NCBI GenBank assembly: GCA_017510075.1
Contig: JAFWNY010000011.1
Coordinates: forward strand, 4,573 to 68,572
Reading direction: 5' to 3'
From: Candidatus Saccharimonadota bacterium
GTDB taxonomy: Bacteria > Patescibacteriota > Saccharimonadia > Saccharimonadales > Saccharimonadaceae
Length of the DNA stretch: 64,000 nucleotides
Of this stretch, positions 1 through 8,693 are shown one piece after another. The notes under the pieces are model-generated. The model saw only the letters and a program-made list of their open reading frames with translations. It made no database searches and was not told the origin of the DNA. A program made the translations under genes and the position numbers. Numbering within the stretch: the stretch's first letter is position 1; every line of letters starts with the position of its first letter.

Positions 1-1162
1 TGAGCGGATTGACGAGATTGTAGCGAAGGAGGGGGTGGACTTGTTGGTAAATGAGTCAACTAATATTGATTCGCCAGGGCGGCACCCGCATTCGGAGTAT
101 GATGTGGGGGAGAACTTGGGGCGAGTGATGGACCATTATGTGGGTGGGCGCGTGATTATTTCGTGTTTTTCGTCGCAGATATCGCGAATTGAGTTGATAT
201 TGAAAGAGGCGGCGAAGCGGGGGCGGAAGGTGGCTTTCTCGGGATTTTCGATGATTAATAACGTAGAGGTGGCGCTCAGGGCGAAATCCATCAAGGTGCC
301 GAAAGATACGATCATGAAGATGGAGGATATTATTAAGCTGCCGGATGAGAAGGTGTGTATTGTGTGTACGGGGTCGCAGGGCGAATTGAATGCGGTGTTG
401 AACCGGATGGTGAGTGGGGCGCATAAGCATATTAAGATCAAGCCGACGGATACGATTGTGTTCTCGAGCAACCCGATCCCGGGGAATGAGCCGCACGTGG
501 TCTCGACCGTGGATGGGCTGCTGCGCGAAGGGGCGCAAGTGATCCAGAATGGCAAGACGCACCTCACAAATATCGGGCCGCTGCATTTGTCGGGGCACGC
601 GTATTATGAGGACCATGTGGATTTCGTGACGAGGCTCAATCCGACGAATTACATGCCATATCACGGGGAGTTCTATATGCTGGAGCACAATGCGGAGATG
701 GCGGAGAATGTGATCGGGATACCTAAAGACAGGATACTGCTGGCGGATGATGGCGATATGGTGGAACTAATGCCAGATAAGACAATTCGCAAATGTGGGC
801 GGATTCATGTGGGGAACAAGCTGTTTGATGATGCGGATAGGCCGGTGCATGAGGCAGTAGTGAAGGATAGGATTCATATATCGCGCGAGGGGATATTTGT
901 GGTGGTGCTGACGCTAAATAAGAAAACTGGGCACCTAATGAAGACGCCGGATATTGTGTCTAGGGCATTTGTGTACCTGGATAATTCGGAGGAGCTGATT
1001 GGGAAAATTCGCCACTATCTGCGGCAAAAGACTGATAAATCCATTTCGACTGACCCGGATATGAAGGTGCTGAAAGAGGAAATTAAAGAGGATATCACTC
1101 ATATACTATTTGATGCGACGGAGCACACTCCAATAGTGATACCGGTGATTAATAAAGTATAA
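1..1162 (+). CDS. rnj: Ribonuclease J (5' truncated by window edge)
   Basis: Motifs ESTN, CTGSQGE, SSNPIPGNE, HLSGH, PYHGE; frame is open to the window start. Confidence 0.95.
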   Translation, partial: ERIDEIVAKEGVDLLVNESTNIDSPGRHPHSEYDVGENLGRVMDHYVGGRVIISCFSSQISRIELILKEAAKRGRKVAFSGFSMINNVEVALRAKSIKVPKDTIMKMEDIIKLPDEKVCIVCTGSQGELNAVLNRMVSGAHKHIKIKPTDTIVFSSNPIPGNEPHVVSTVDGLLREGAQVIQNGKTHLTNIGPLHLSGHAYYEDHVDFVTRLNPTNYMPYHGEFYMLEHNAEMAENVIGIPKDRILLADDGDMVELMPDKTIRKCGRIHVGNKLFDDADRPVHEAVVKDRIHISREGIFVVVLTLNKKTGHLMKTPDIVSRAFVYLDNSEELIGKIRHYLRQKTDKSISTDPDMKVLKEEIKEDITHILFDATEHTPIVIPVINKV

Positions 1163-1170
1163 AGTTTATA

Positions 1171-1199
1171 TAGACAAAACTGTAAAAGTGCGATATAAT
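1171..1199 (+). promoter_or_regulatory. Sigma70-like promoter of the DUF3800 gene
   Basis: TAGACA(1171)-17 nt-TATAAT(1194). Confidence 0.65.
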
Positions 1200-1279
1200 G
1201 TAGGTATTGGGCTGGCCGGAAGGTCTTGGTCCACCGGAAGGCGGGTCATGCACCCGCCACTTTGGTATATTGGAGGCAA

Positions 1280-1918
1280 ATGAATAAGCAATTAGTTTTT
1301 ATTGACGATTCGGGTGATCCTGGCTTTAAAGCTGTTTCAAGTGATAATTTTGTTATGGCCGCGGCGTTTTTTGTTGACCCAGGAGTTGCTGAGTCCATCA
1401 TGCACAAGATCGATGAGTATCGTAAACTTCTTGGCTGGAAGTATAATCACGAATTTAAGTTTACAAAGAATCCAAAGTATGTGGTAGTTGAGGCGCTCCG
1501 CCGGGTTCACGAATACGATTTTCAAGTATATGCGGTTTATATCGAAAAAAATGATTTCCGCGAGATTACTCCAACAATGGCTTCATTCTTTGACAGGGAG
1601 AAGCTTTACAACTGGATGATAAAAGAACTTCTCCAAGAAATACCGCTTGAAACTGCCAAGATTACAATTGATGGTCGTTCGAGTAAGCAAAACATGAAAA
1701 ATACTAAAACATATCTAAGACGTGAAATTAACAGTGACAATGCAAGGAAACTAGACATTAAATTTGAGGATTCCGTTAAGACTAATTTGCTCCAATTGGC
1801 CGATTTAATCGCTGGTTCAATAAACCGCTCCTTACAGCCAGACAAGACCGACTCAAATGACTACATTTCTATATTCGAGGATAAGATTGTGAAAATTCAG
1901 AAGATCAACTTTAGGTGA
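1280..1918 (+). CDS. DUF3800-family protein (RNase H-like)
   Basis: N-terminal FIDDSGDPG, HEFKF, TIDG, C-terminal LLQLADLIAG (QxxD); GGAGG RBS before ATG at 1280. Confidence 0.85.
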   Translation: MNKQLVFIDDSGDPGFKAVSSDNFVMAAAFFVDPGVAESIMHKIDEYRKLLGWKYNHEFKFTKNPKYVVVEALRRVHEYDFQVYAVYIEKNDFREITPTMASFFDREKLYNWMIKELLQEIPLETAKITIDGRSSKQNMKNTKTYLRREINSDNARKLDIKFEDSVKTNLLQLADLIAGSINRSLQPDKTDSNDYISIFEDKIVKIQKINFR

Positions 1919-1961
1919 TAAAAGTATTGCATTTTTGGCATAAGTATGCTATCATAAGAGT

Positions 1962-2033
1962 AGAGGAAGCCAGCCCGAAAAGTGTCCGTTCTGGACGCCT
2001 GCTTGTAAGAGATAGGGTTGGTTTCGTTTTTTT
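1962..2033 (+). ncRNA. Candidate small structured RNA downstream of DUF3800
   Basis: Own promoter TTGCAT-17-TATCAT (1927-1955); 11-bp stem 1966-1976/2015-2025 enclosing hairpin 1982-1998; ends in T7. Confidence 0.55.
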
Positions 2034-2093
2034 GTGTGACTTATCTAGCGGCGTGGTCTGTTTAAAATTAGGCTAAAAATAAGCATATTTGCA

Positions 2094-2122
2094 TTGCAAA
2101 TGTGTGAAAGATGGTGTATAAT
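2094..2122 (+). promoter_or_regulatory. Promoter of the DGR target gene
   Basis: TTGCAA-17 nt-TATAAT. Confidence 0.6.
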
Positions 2123-2159
2123 GGGGACAGAACGGTATTAATAATATAAGTGAGGTAGA

Positions 2160-3908
2160 ATGGTAACCATTATAAACAATATAATAAAATCATGTGGGGT
2201 GGCTTTGTCAGAAGGAGCGAAGCCATCTTGGAGGAGAGTCTCGCGGAGGGGGATCTTGGGGGTGGCACTACTAATAAGTACGGTGGGGTTGGGGGCAGTA
2301 AAAGTGGCAGCCGATACTACAGTAACCAGTGACGTATCCGTCACTGTCTCATCATCCTGTACCTTTACCGCAGGTGGTGGTACATATAGTGAATCAGTAG
2401 TAGGTGGTAATACTGCTACCATTACTGCAAATCCTATTACCACTAACTGCAATGATCCAAGTGGCTATGCTATTTACGCCATTGGTTATTCTGGTGATAG
2501 TTATAGTGCTACTACTCATACCGACATGATATCCTCACTAGGTAGTAGTTACAACATTAAGACCGATGGTACTGGTACTTATGGTTCTAGTTGGAAGATG
2601 AAGCTTACTAATCCTTCTAATGCTACTATATCAGGAAACTTTGGTAGTAGTTATCAAAACATCCCCTCTACCTTCACCCAAGTAGCTACATATGCCAATA
2701 ATACTACATCAGGCAGTATTACTCCATCCTACCAAGTAGCAGTCTCTTCCTCTCAACCAGCTGGTACTTATACTGGTAAAGTTAAATATGTACTAGTACA
2801 TCCTAATACAACGGCAGCTGGTACCTACAATATTGCTTATAACGCTAATGGCGGTAGTGGTACTACTACTGGGCATACCGGAGTGTATAACTTTGACCCA
2901 GTAACATTAAATGCCAATGGCTTTACTCGTAGCGGCTATGCCTTTGCTGGATGGTGTACTACAAATACCAGCCAATACTCTTGCACTGATGGTGTACTTT
3001 ATCAATCAGGAGATGGAGTAACCAGCCTAGGCACTGCAGGCTCTACTGTGACTCTTTATGCTATATGGAACGAATTATGTGCAGGATATACCACCATGCA
3101 GGAGCTAGACTCTTCCTCCATTGCCACATTACTACCAACTACCGGAAGCACAGCCACCGTATGTGATACACGTGATGAAGGAAAATACACCATCGGCAAG
3201 CTGGCGGATAATAATTACTGGATGCTTGATAACCTCGCCCTAGACCTCACTGACTCCACTGTACTGAGCGCTATGGATAGTACTAATACCAATGCCTCAG
3301 ATACTACTCTAGGCTATCTCAAAAATGGCGGAGGCACCACTTCAGACCAATATGCTACGGCCGCAGTCGCCAACTGGACATCCAGCTATAGTTACTCTGC
3401 TCCACTCGTAAACATGACCAATAAAGATACTGTCCCACAAGGCAGTGACCCACTAGCCGCAGAGGCTCTAGCTGGCAACTGGAAGATTGGTGGCTACTAC
3501 AACTACTGTGCCGCATCTGCCGGAAGTTACTGTTACGGTAACGGCACGAGTGCTGGTACTTCCAGCGGTAATGCATCGGAAAGCATCTGCCCGAAAGGTT
3601 GGCGCTTACCAACTGGCAATACTACTGGTGAATACAGCGCCTTAGCTAATGCTATATATGGCTCTACTGGTTCTACCAGTGACGCTACAGCTTATGCTAA
3701 TTACCGTGCTGCTCTCCACCTACCCCTGTCGGGCTACTTCCGCAATGGCTCGCCGCTCAATCAGGGTAGCAGCGGCCGCTGGTGGTCTTCTACGCGCAAC
3801 AATAATAACTACGTGTACTACCTCGTCGCGTATACGTCCTATATCTACCCAGCGCTCAGCGACTTTCGCAACTACGGTTTCTCTGTGCGATGCGTGATGG
3901 GATCCTGA
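2160..3908 (+). CDS. DGR target: exported protein with Listeria/Bacteroides (InlB B-type) repeat and C-terminal FISUMP (Fib_succ_major, CLec-fold) domain
   Basis: Hydrophobic N-terminal signal; YNANGGSG..FTRSGYAFAGW..VTLYAIW; DTRD..YWMLDNL..ICPKGWRLPT..SVRCV; 3' end is the VR. Confidence 0.9.
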   Translation: MVTIINNIIKSCGVALSEGAKPSWRRVSRRGILGVALLISTVGLGAVKVAADTTVTSDVSVTVSSSCTFTAGGGTYSESVVGGNTATITANPITTNCNDPSGYAIYAIGYSGDSYSATTHTDMISSLGSSYNIKTDGTGTYGSSWKMKLTNPSNATISGNFGSSYQNIPSTFTQVATYANNTTSGSITPSYQVAVSSSQPAGTYTGKVKYVLVHPNTTAAGTYNIAYNANGGSGTTTGHTGVYNFDPVTLNANGFTRSGYAFAGWCTTNTSQYSCTDGVLYQSGDGVTSLGTAGSTVTLYAIWNELCAGYTTMQELDSSSIATLLPTTGSTATVCDTRDEGKYTIGKLADNNYWMLDNLALDLTDSTVLSAMDSTNTNASDTTLGYLKNGGGTTSDQYATAAVANWTSSYSYSAPLVNMTNKDTVPQGSDPLAAEALAGNWKIGGYYNYCAASAGSYCYGNGTSAGTSSGNASESICPKGWRLPTGNTTGEYSALANAIYGSTGSTSDATAYANYRAALHLPLSGYFRNGSPLNQGSSGRWWSSTRNNNNYVYYLVAYTSYIYPALSDFRNYGFSVRCVMGS

Positions 3909-4021
3909 GGCTGGTTGTAGGCTCGGTGGTGCTGCCCCGCTAGTTCCTTGTTCCGGTTCCGCGTGGTGGGGTTTGGAGTGCTGGTTCCGGGGTTCCTGGG
4001 TCCGGTGCTTCCCCTATGCCC
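3719..4021 (+). repeat. DGR variable repeat plus IMH-side shared tail
   Basis: Ungapped alignment with 6681-6983 (offset 2962); 24 mismatches at TR adenines, plus one G/T mismatch at 4000/6962. Confidence 0.97.
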
Positions 4022-4036
4022 TCCAAGAAGGAAGAT

Positions 4037-4047
4037 CGCCGAAGGCG
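4037..4047 (+). promoter_or_regulatory. Candidate DGR cis-acting hairpin with GAA triloop
   Basis: CGCC-GAA-GGCG 15 nt after the end of VR/TR identity; absent after TR. Confidence 0.6.
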
Positions 4048-4082
4048 TGAAAAAGTAATACAATTAAAATATGGAATAAAGA

Positions 4083-5039
4083 ATGGGAAATAAGGTTCAG
4101 AGAGCGAGGGGTTACCCCCATAAACAAGAAGCAGCTTCGGAATTGATGAAACGAGTAGCGATAAAAGCGCCGATCAAGAAAAGAATGGAGGCGGATTTCT
4201 CTCCTGCGGAAGCAGAGGAGATCCGCCAGAGAATGCGAAAAATAGAGCAGGGACAAGAAGAGCTTGAGCGCGAGCGTAGTGAAGCCGAGCTGGAGCGGCG
4301 TAAAAAATTAATCCAAATCAAGAAAACGGCAAGAGAGCTAGAGAAAGGGAATAATTCGTGCATCATCATGTTCCCCTCGTACACCAAGAAGAAGAATGAT
4401 GTAGATTGGCATAAGATGGGAGATTTCTCGGCGTTGTATTATGCCTACCGCATAGCAACGAGGCTAGGAAGAAAAGCCCGCATCATGAAGGACAACGATA
4501 AGTTTTCGAAAATGCATTCGGTGGTGAGTGTGTGCAGTATGGAGAGATTGGTCGGTCAGATGATGTTGCTAAATGAAATTGGGGGATATGAAAAAACTCT
4601 GGATGGGATCCATATTTTTCACCTAAAACAGCCACTTTCGGATGAAGAAGTAGCAGTGCTGAGAAATACTGAGCAGAGAAGGTTGGATGCGATGCATAAC
4701 GTGCTGAGACCCAAGCAGGCTGACCCGGCAGTGTATCAAGCGATTTTGATGGTGGATAGGCAAGTGCTGCCGCGAACCAGCAGGATGGAAAGAGGCTACT
4801 ATATGACGATTGGAGATTCGATGGCGAAGGAGATTCATAAATTGACGCAAGTGTATTTTCAATATGCTAGTGGGTATTTGGAAGGAGAGACGGCGAGGAA
4901 GACTTTGCTGAGCCTAGTGGATGGATTGCTCGCGGGAGTGGCACTGCTAGGTGAGGTGAACGTGTGGGGGTATGATGTGGCGACGTCGATCGGGGAAAAT
5001 CTTTGTCATTTAAAGCAATTGATAACGGAGATGAAATGA
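4083..5039 (+). CDS. DGR accessory protein: C-terminal Avd-like four-helix bundle with about 210 aa N-terminal extension
   Basis: Directly upstream of RT; PAVYQAILMVDRQVLPRTSRMERGYYMTIGDSM fits the Avd helix1-helix2 pattern. Confidence 0.7.
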   Translation: MGNKVQRARGYPHKQEAASELMKRVAIKAPIKKRMEADFSPAEAEEIRQRMRKIEQGQEELERERSEAELERRKKLIQIKKTARELEKGNNSCIIMFPSYTKKKNDVDWHKMGDFSALYYAYRIATRLGRKARIMKDNDKFSKMHSVVSVCSMERLVGQMMLLNEIGGYEKTLDGIHIFHLKQPLSDEEVAVLRNTEQRRLDAMHNVLRPKQADPAVYQAILMVDRQVLPRTSRMERGYYMTIGDSMAKEIHKLTQVYFQYASGYLEGETARKTLLSLVDGLLAGVALLGEVNVWGYDVATSIGENLCHLKQLITEMK

Positions 5040-5040
5040 G

Positions 5041-6354
5041 GTGATTATGCCAGTAAAAAATGAAACTCCGGTAAAAACCAAGAAGGATATTCGTAAGATG
5101 ATGGAGCGAGCATTAAAGACAATGAGCGAAATGGGAAAACCAGCATTTGAAGCGCTAAAAAATGACGGATACCAGGATTTTTTCGGATATTTGCGAATCA
5201 ATAGCGATGAGGAGGCTTCTGAGTGGTTAAGGAAAGATGGGCGGAATTTACTATTGGCGGAGCTATATATAGCGGAACGCCTGGCGCGCAAAGGAGGCAA
5301 GCGCAAAACGATGGATACGCATGGTTTTGAAATGAATTTGTTTGAGAACTTGATGCGACTGCGTGATGCGTTGTGGGATGCAGAGTATTACCCAAGTAGA
5401 GGGACGGTACATGTGATTTTTGACCCGGTGCAAAGGGAAATATTTGCGGCGCCATATGTGGATAGGATTTTGCATCACTGGGTGGTGGGAACGATTATGA
5501 AATGGCAGGATTCGAGATTGATATTTGACTCGTATTCGTGCAGGAAAAATAAAGGGACGCTGTTTGGAATTAAGAGGTTGAGGCATCATATACTGTCGGT
5601 GTCGGATAACATGCGGAAAAGAGCGTATGTGGTACAGCTGGATATATCAGGGTATTTTATGCATATTCAGCGAGATGTGCTGTATAGACGGGTGCTGGAG
5701 GGGATAAACAAGCAGTTTCCGCCAAAGAAGAGAGATAAGCGGTATTTTATTTTGAGGTGGGCAGTGAGGCGGGTGGTGTTTGATGATCCGACGGAGGGGG
5801 TGAGGTTGCAGGGTACGTATGCGGATTGGAGGGGATTGCCGGATGACAAAAGTTTGATGATGCAGCCGCCGGGACAGGGGATGGTGATCGGGAATTATAC
5901 TTCGCAAACCTTTTCGAATATATACTTAGATCCGCTAGATAGGTTTATTACGATGACGCTGGGGTGGAAACATTATGGGCGGTATGTGGACGATTTTTTC
6001 ATTGTGGTGACGGAGGAAGAGTTGCCGTCGGTGAGACGGGATATTCAGGCAATTCAGGATTTCTTGGCTGGATATGGGTTGAGCTTGAATAAGAAGAAGA
6101 CGAAGGTTACAGAGGCACACAAAGGGGTGAAGTTCCTGGGGGCAGTGGTGAGGGGGTTTTATATTTACCCCGGTAAGAGGATTGTGCAGAATTTTCATGA
6201 AGCGGTATATAAGGTAGCGGTAGGGGAAGAGGATCCGGATGTGATAGTGTCATATCTGGGGATGTTTTCTCATTATGATGCAGGGAAGATAATTCGGAGG
6301 GCGTTTGCGAAGGTGGGGTGGGATTATGTGTACGATAAAAAACACAAGATTTGA
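5041..6354 (+). CDS. DGR-class reverse transcriptase
   Basis: REIFAAPYVDRILHH, DSYSCRKNKGT, LDISGYF, IGNYTSQ (DGR SQ signature), RYVDDF, GVKFLG. Confidence 0.97.
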   Translation: MIMPVKNETPVKTKKDIRKMMERALKTMSEMGKPAFEALKNDGYQDFFGYLRINSDEEASEWLRKDGRNLLLAELYIAERLARKGGKRKTMDTHGFEMNLFENLMRLRDALWDAEYYPSRGTVHVIFDPVQREIFAAPYVDRILHHWVVGTIMKWQDSRLIFDSYSCRKNKGTLFGIKRLRHHILSVSDNMRKRAYVVQLDISGYFMHIQRDVLYRRVLEGINKQFPPKKRDKRYFILRWAVRRVVFDDPTEGVRLQGTYADWRGLPDDKSLMMQPPGQGMVIGNYTSQTFSNIYLDPLDRFITMTLGWKHYGRYVDDFFIVVTEEELPSVRRDIQAIQDFLAGYGLSLNKKKTKVTEAHKGVKFLGAVVRGFYIYPGKRIVQNFHEAVYKVAVGEEDPDVIVSYLGMFSHYDAGKIIRRAFAKVGWDYVYDKKHKI

Positions 6355-6430
6355 ATTATGCGGTATACTAATAAGTAGGGAATCGCTAGGATGGCTATGT
6401 ATGATGATAAGTCTACTGGTCGTAGGCACC

Positions 6431-6459
6431 TTGAAAATATAAGGGCAAAAAGATATACT
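6431..6459 (+). promoter_or_regulatory. Candidate promoter for the TR RNA
   Basis: TTGAAA-17 nt-TATACT downstream of the RT stop, no credible gene following. Confidence 0.5.
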
Positions 6460-6680
6460 CTACGATGAGTGGAGTTTGTGATCTGGCTGATGGCATGGGG
6501 TGGGTGCTGGCAGTGAAATCTAGCTACTTCGGCTAAGGCTGGAAGCGGTAAGCTAAAAATATCTTTGCAAGCTGCTGTTTGTGGTTTGTTGGTGCTCGTC
6601 TGTTGGGGGCGTCGGGCGTACGCGTTGGCGTGCAGTTGCTCTTTATTGTTGAGCTTGACTCCGTGCTTTGCTATCGTTAT

Positions 6681-6983
6681 CCTACCCCTGTCGGGCTACT
6701 TCAACAATGGCTCGCCGAACAATCAGGGTAGCAACGGCAACTGGTGGTCTTCTACGCGCAACAATAATAACAACATGTACAACCTCAACGCGAATACGTC
6801 CAATATCAACCCAGCGAACAACAACAATCGCAACAACGGTAACTCTGTGCGATGCGTGATGGGATCCTGAGGCTGGTTGTAGGCTCGGTGGTGCTGCCCC
6901 GCTAGTTCCTTGTTCCGGTTCCGCGTGGTGGGGTTTGGAGTGCTGGTTCCGGGGTTCCTGGTTCCGGTGCTTCCCCTATGCCC
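6681..6983 (+). repeat. DGR template repeat plus IMH*-side shared tail (non-coding RNA template)
   Basis: 23 in-frame AAY codons; adenine-retaining copy of the VR. Confidence 0.97.
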
Positions 6984-7147
6984 ATGTAGAAGGTAAAGAT
7001 TCCTGAGGGGTAGGAACTTGGGCGTGGGGTGTTGGTGTTGAGTGAGCCTATTGGGGCTATGCGTCAATTTGTTTGTATTTTGGGAATGGTGAGGTGTTAA
7101 ATGTTGGTGGCGGTGAGGAGGTGGTCGAAGAGGCAGCTTAAGAAGTG

Positions 7148-7217
7148 TTTGGAAGTTTTGCAAATTTTTGCAAAAAGGAGGGTGGATTTGGAAGTTTTTG
7201 CAAATTTTTGCAAAAAG
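7148..7217. repeat. Two direct copies of a palindromic operator-like sequence
   Basis: TTTGGAAG-(T)TTTTGCAAA-TT-TTTGCAAAA-AG at 7148-7177 and 7187-7217, abutting TTGACG-17-TATACT (7220-7248). Confidence 0.8.
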
Positions 7218-7277
7218 TATTGACGGATAAGAGTGGATGTGATATACTTATGGTAAGATGTAAGAAAGGAGCTTGGA

Positions 7278-8528
7278 ATGTTGATAGAACGTCCTGAATA
7301 TATGGAGAGATTGAAGTCTTTTAAGGATCAAGATTTAATTAAGGTAGTGACTGGGCTGAGGCGGTCTGGGAAATCTACGTTGTTTGAACTGTTTATACGT
7401 TATCTGAAAACTATTGGGGTGGAGGATGACCAGATAATCAAGATTAATTTTGATGACCCGATGTATAATTTTGAGACAGCGAAAGAGTTGTACAATTATT
7501 TGCTGGAGTGGGCGCCAGAGGGGAAGAAAGCTTATGTGTTTTTGGATGAGGTGCAGATGGTGCCGGAGTTTCAGAAGGCGGTAAATGGGCTGAGGATTCG
7601 GGAGAATTTTGATGTGTATATTACGGGGTCAAATGCCTATTTGCTGTCGGGTGAGTTGGCGACATTGCTATCGGGTAGGTATATTGAGATTCATATGCTA
7701 CCGTTGTCATTTAAAGAATATCTAATGGGGTTGTATCCTGAGGTGGGGGATATTGAAGTATTGAAAAGAAAGGTCAATTTGCGGGCGGTGTTCGATGATT
7801 ATATGAACTATGGGGGGTTGCCGCAGACGATAAATTATTATGCGCAGAATGACGGCGTAATGGTGCCTGAAGCAACAGAGATACGGGAATACATTGAGAA
7901 TATTTTTAGTACAATCGTGTATAAGGATATTATGATGCGGAGGAAGGTGGGCGATAAGGACTTGCTAGAGAGGATTATTAAGTTTATACTAGATAATATT
8001 GGGCAACCTTTGAGTACAAAGCGAATTACCGATGTGCTAAATGGTAATCAACGTAAAGTAAGCTACCATACAGTGGAGAATTATATTGCGGCGCTAGAGG
8101 AATGCTTTTTGATTTATCGGGTGGATAGGTATGATGTGCGGGGGAGGGAGTTATTGTCTACGGGATATAAGTATTTTGTGGTGGACTCGGGGCTTCGGAG
8201 CTATTTGCTGGGGAGGGGTATGGACGAAGACTCGGGGCAGCTACTTGAGAATGTGGTGTATTTGGAACTAATGCGCCGTAGGAATCAGGTGCGAGTGGGG
8301 AAATATGATAATTTGGAGGTGGATTTTGTGGCGGATAATAGGGATAGCGTGGCATATTATCAGGTGTCTAAGGATGTAAGTGGGGCAGAGACATTCGAGC
8401 GAGAAGTGAAGCCTCTTCAGGGGATAGATGACAATTACCCGAAGTATTTGTTGACGTTGGATGGGGGTGCGAGTGGTGATTTGAAGGGGGTAATGCATGA
8501 AAATGTAGTGGAGTGGTTGCTGGGGTAA
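7278..8528 (+). CDS. AAA_14 ATPase with DUF4143 domain
   Basis: Walker A GLRRSGKST, FLDEVQ, TGSNA, GGLP, KYFVVDSG, LLEN..EVDFV. Confidence 0.9.
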   Translation: MLIERPEYMERLKSFKDQDLIKVVTGLRRSGKSTLFELFIRYLKTIGVEDDQIIKINFDDPMYNFETAKELYNYLLEWAPEGKKAYVFLDEVQMVPEFQKAVNGLRIRENFDVYITGSNAYLLSGELATLLSGRYIEIHMLPLSFKEYLMGLYPEVGDIEVLKRKVNLRAVFDDYMNYGGLPQTINYYAQNDGVMVPEATEIREYIENIFSTIVYKDIMMRRKVGDKDLLERIIKFILDNIGQPLSTKRITDVLNGNQRKVSYHTVENYIAALEECFLIYRVDRYDVRGRELLSTGYKYFVVDSGLRSYLLGRGMDEDSGQLLENVVYLELMRRRNQVRVGKYDNLEVDFVADNRDSVAYYQVSKDVSGAETFEREVKPLQGIDDNYPKYLLTLDGGASGDLKGVMHENVVEWLLG

Positions 8529-8693
8529 TTTGGTGAAGGTGAGGGCGGTGGGTTTAAGCTTGATTGGTGGCGGCGAGGTCGGTGCGCTCGCGGACACTAG
8601 ACTCTATAAAGATGTCCCACTAAACCCTTGCTTTTTTCGTCAAAAAAGCTTAAAATAAACTTAAGAATACTAAACTAAACGAGGTTTTATCTA

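Larger units (their letters stand above)
2160..6983 (+). mobile_element. Diversity-generating retroelement cassette (target/VR - Avd-like - RT - TR)
   Basis: All core components present with adenine-specific VR/TR divergence. Confidence 0.97.

Noticed and set aside
1226-1279. Upstream extensions in the ORF track (DUF3800, pcrA, ftsH, tyrS, xseA)
   Set aside because: RBS, promoter position and homology favour downstream starts
2235-2262. Possible Tat motif SRRGIL in the DGR target leader
   Set aside because: Imperfect consensus and no Tat genes visible; cannot be told from a basic Sec n-region
5041-6354. RT as group II intron, retron or CRISPR-associated RT
   Set aside because: SQ signature, no maturase or Cas1 domain, and a TR/VR pair identify it as DGR
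6565-6870. 101-aa Asn-rich ORF over the TR
   Set aside because: It is the template read in the VR frame; weak TTG start, no RBS, and TRs act as RNA
7148-7217. CRISPR-like repeat pair
   Set aside because: Only two copies, 9-nt gap, no cas genes
2160-8528. Prophage context for the DGR
   Set aside because: No structural, terminase or integrase genes nearby
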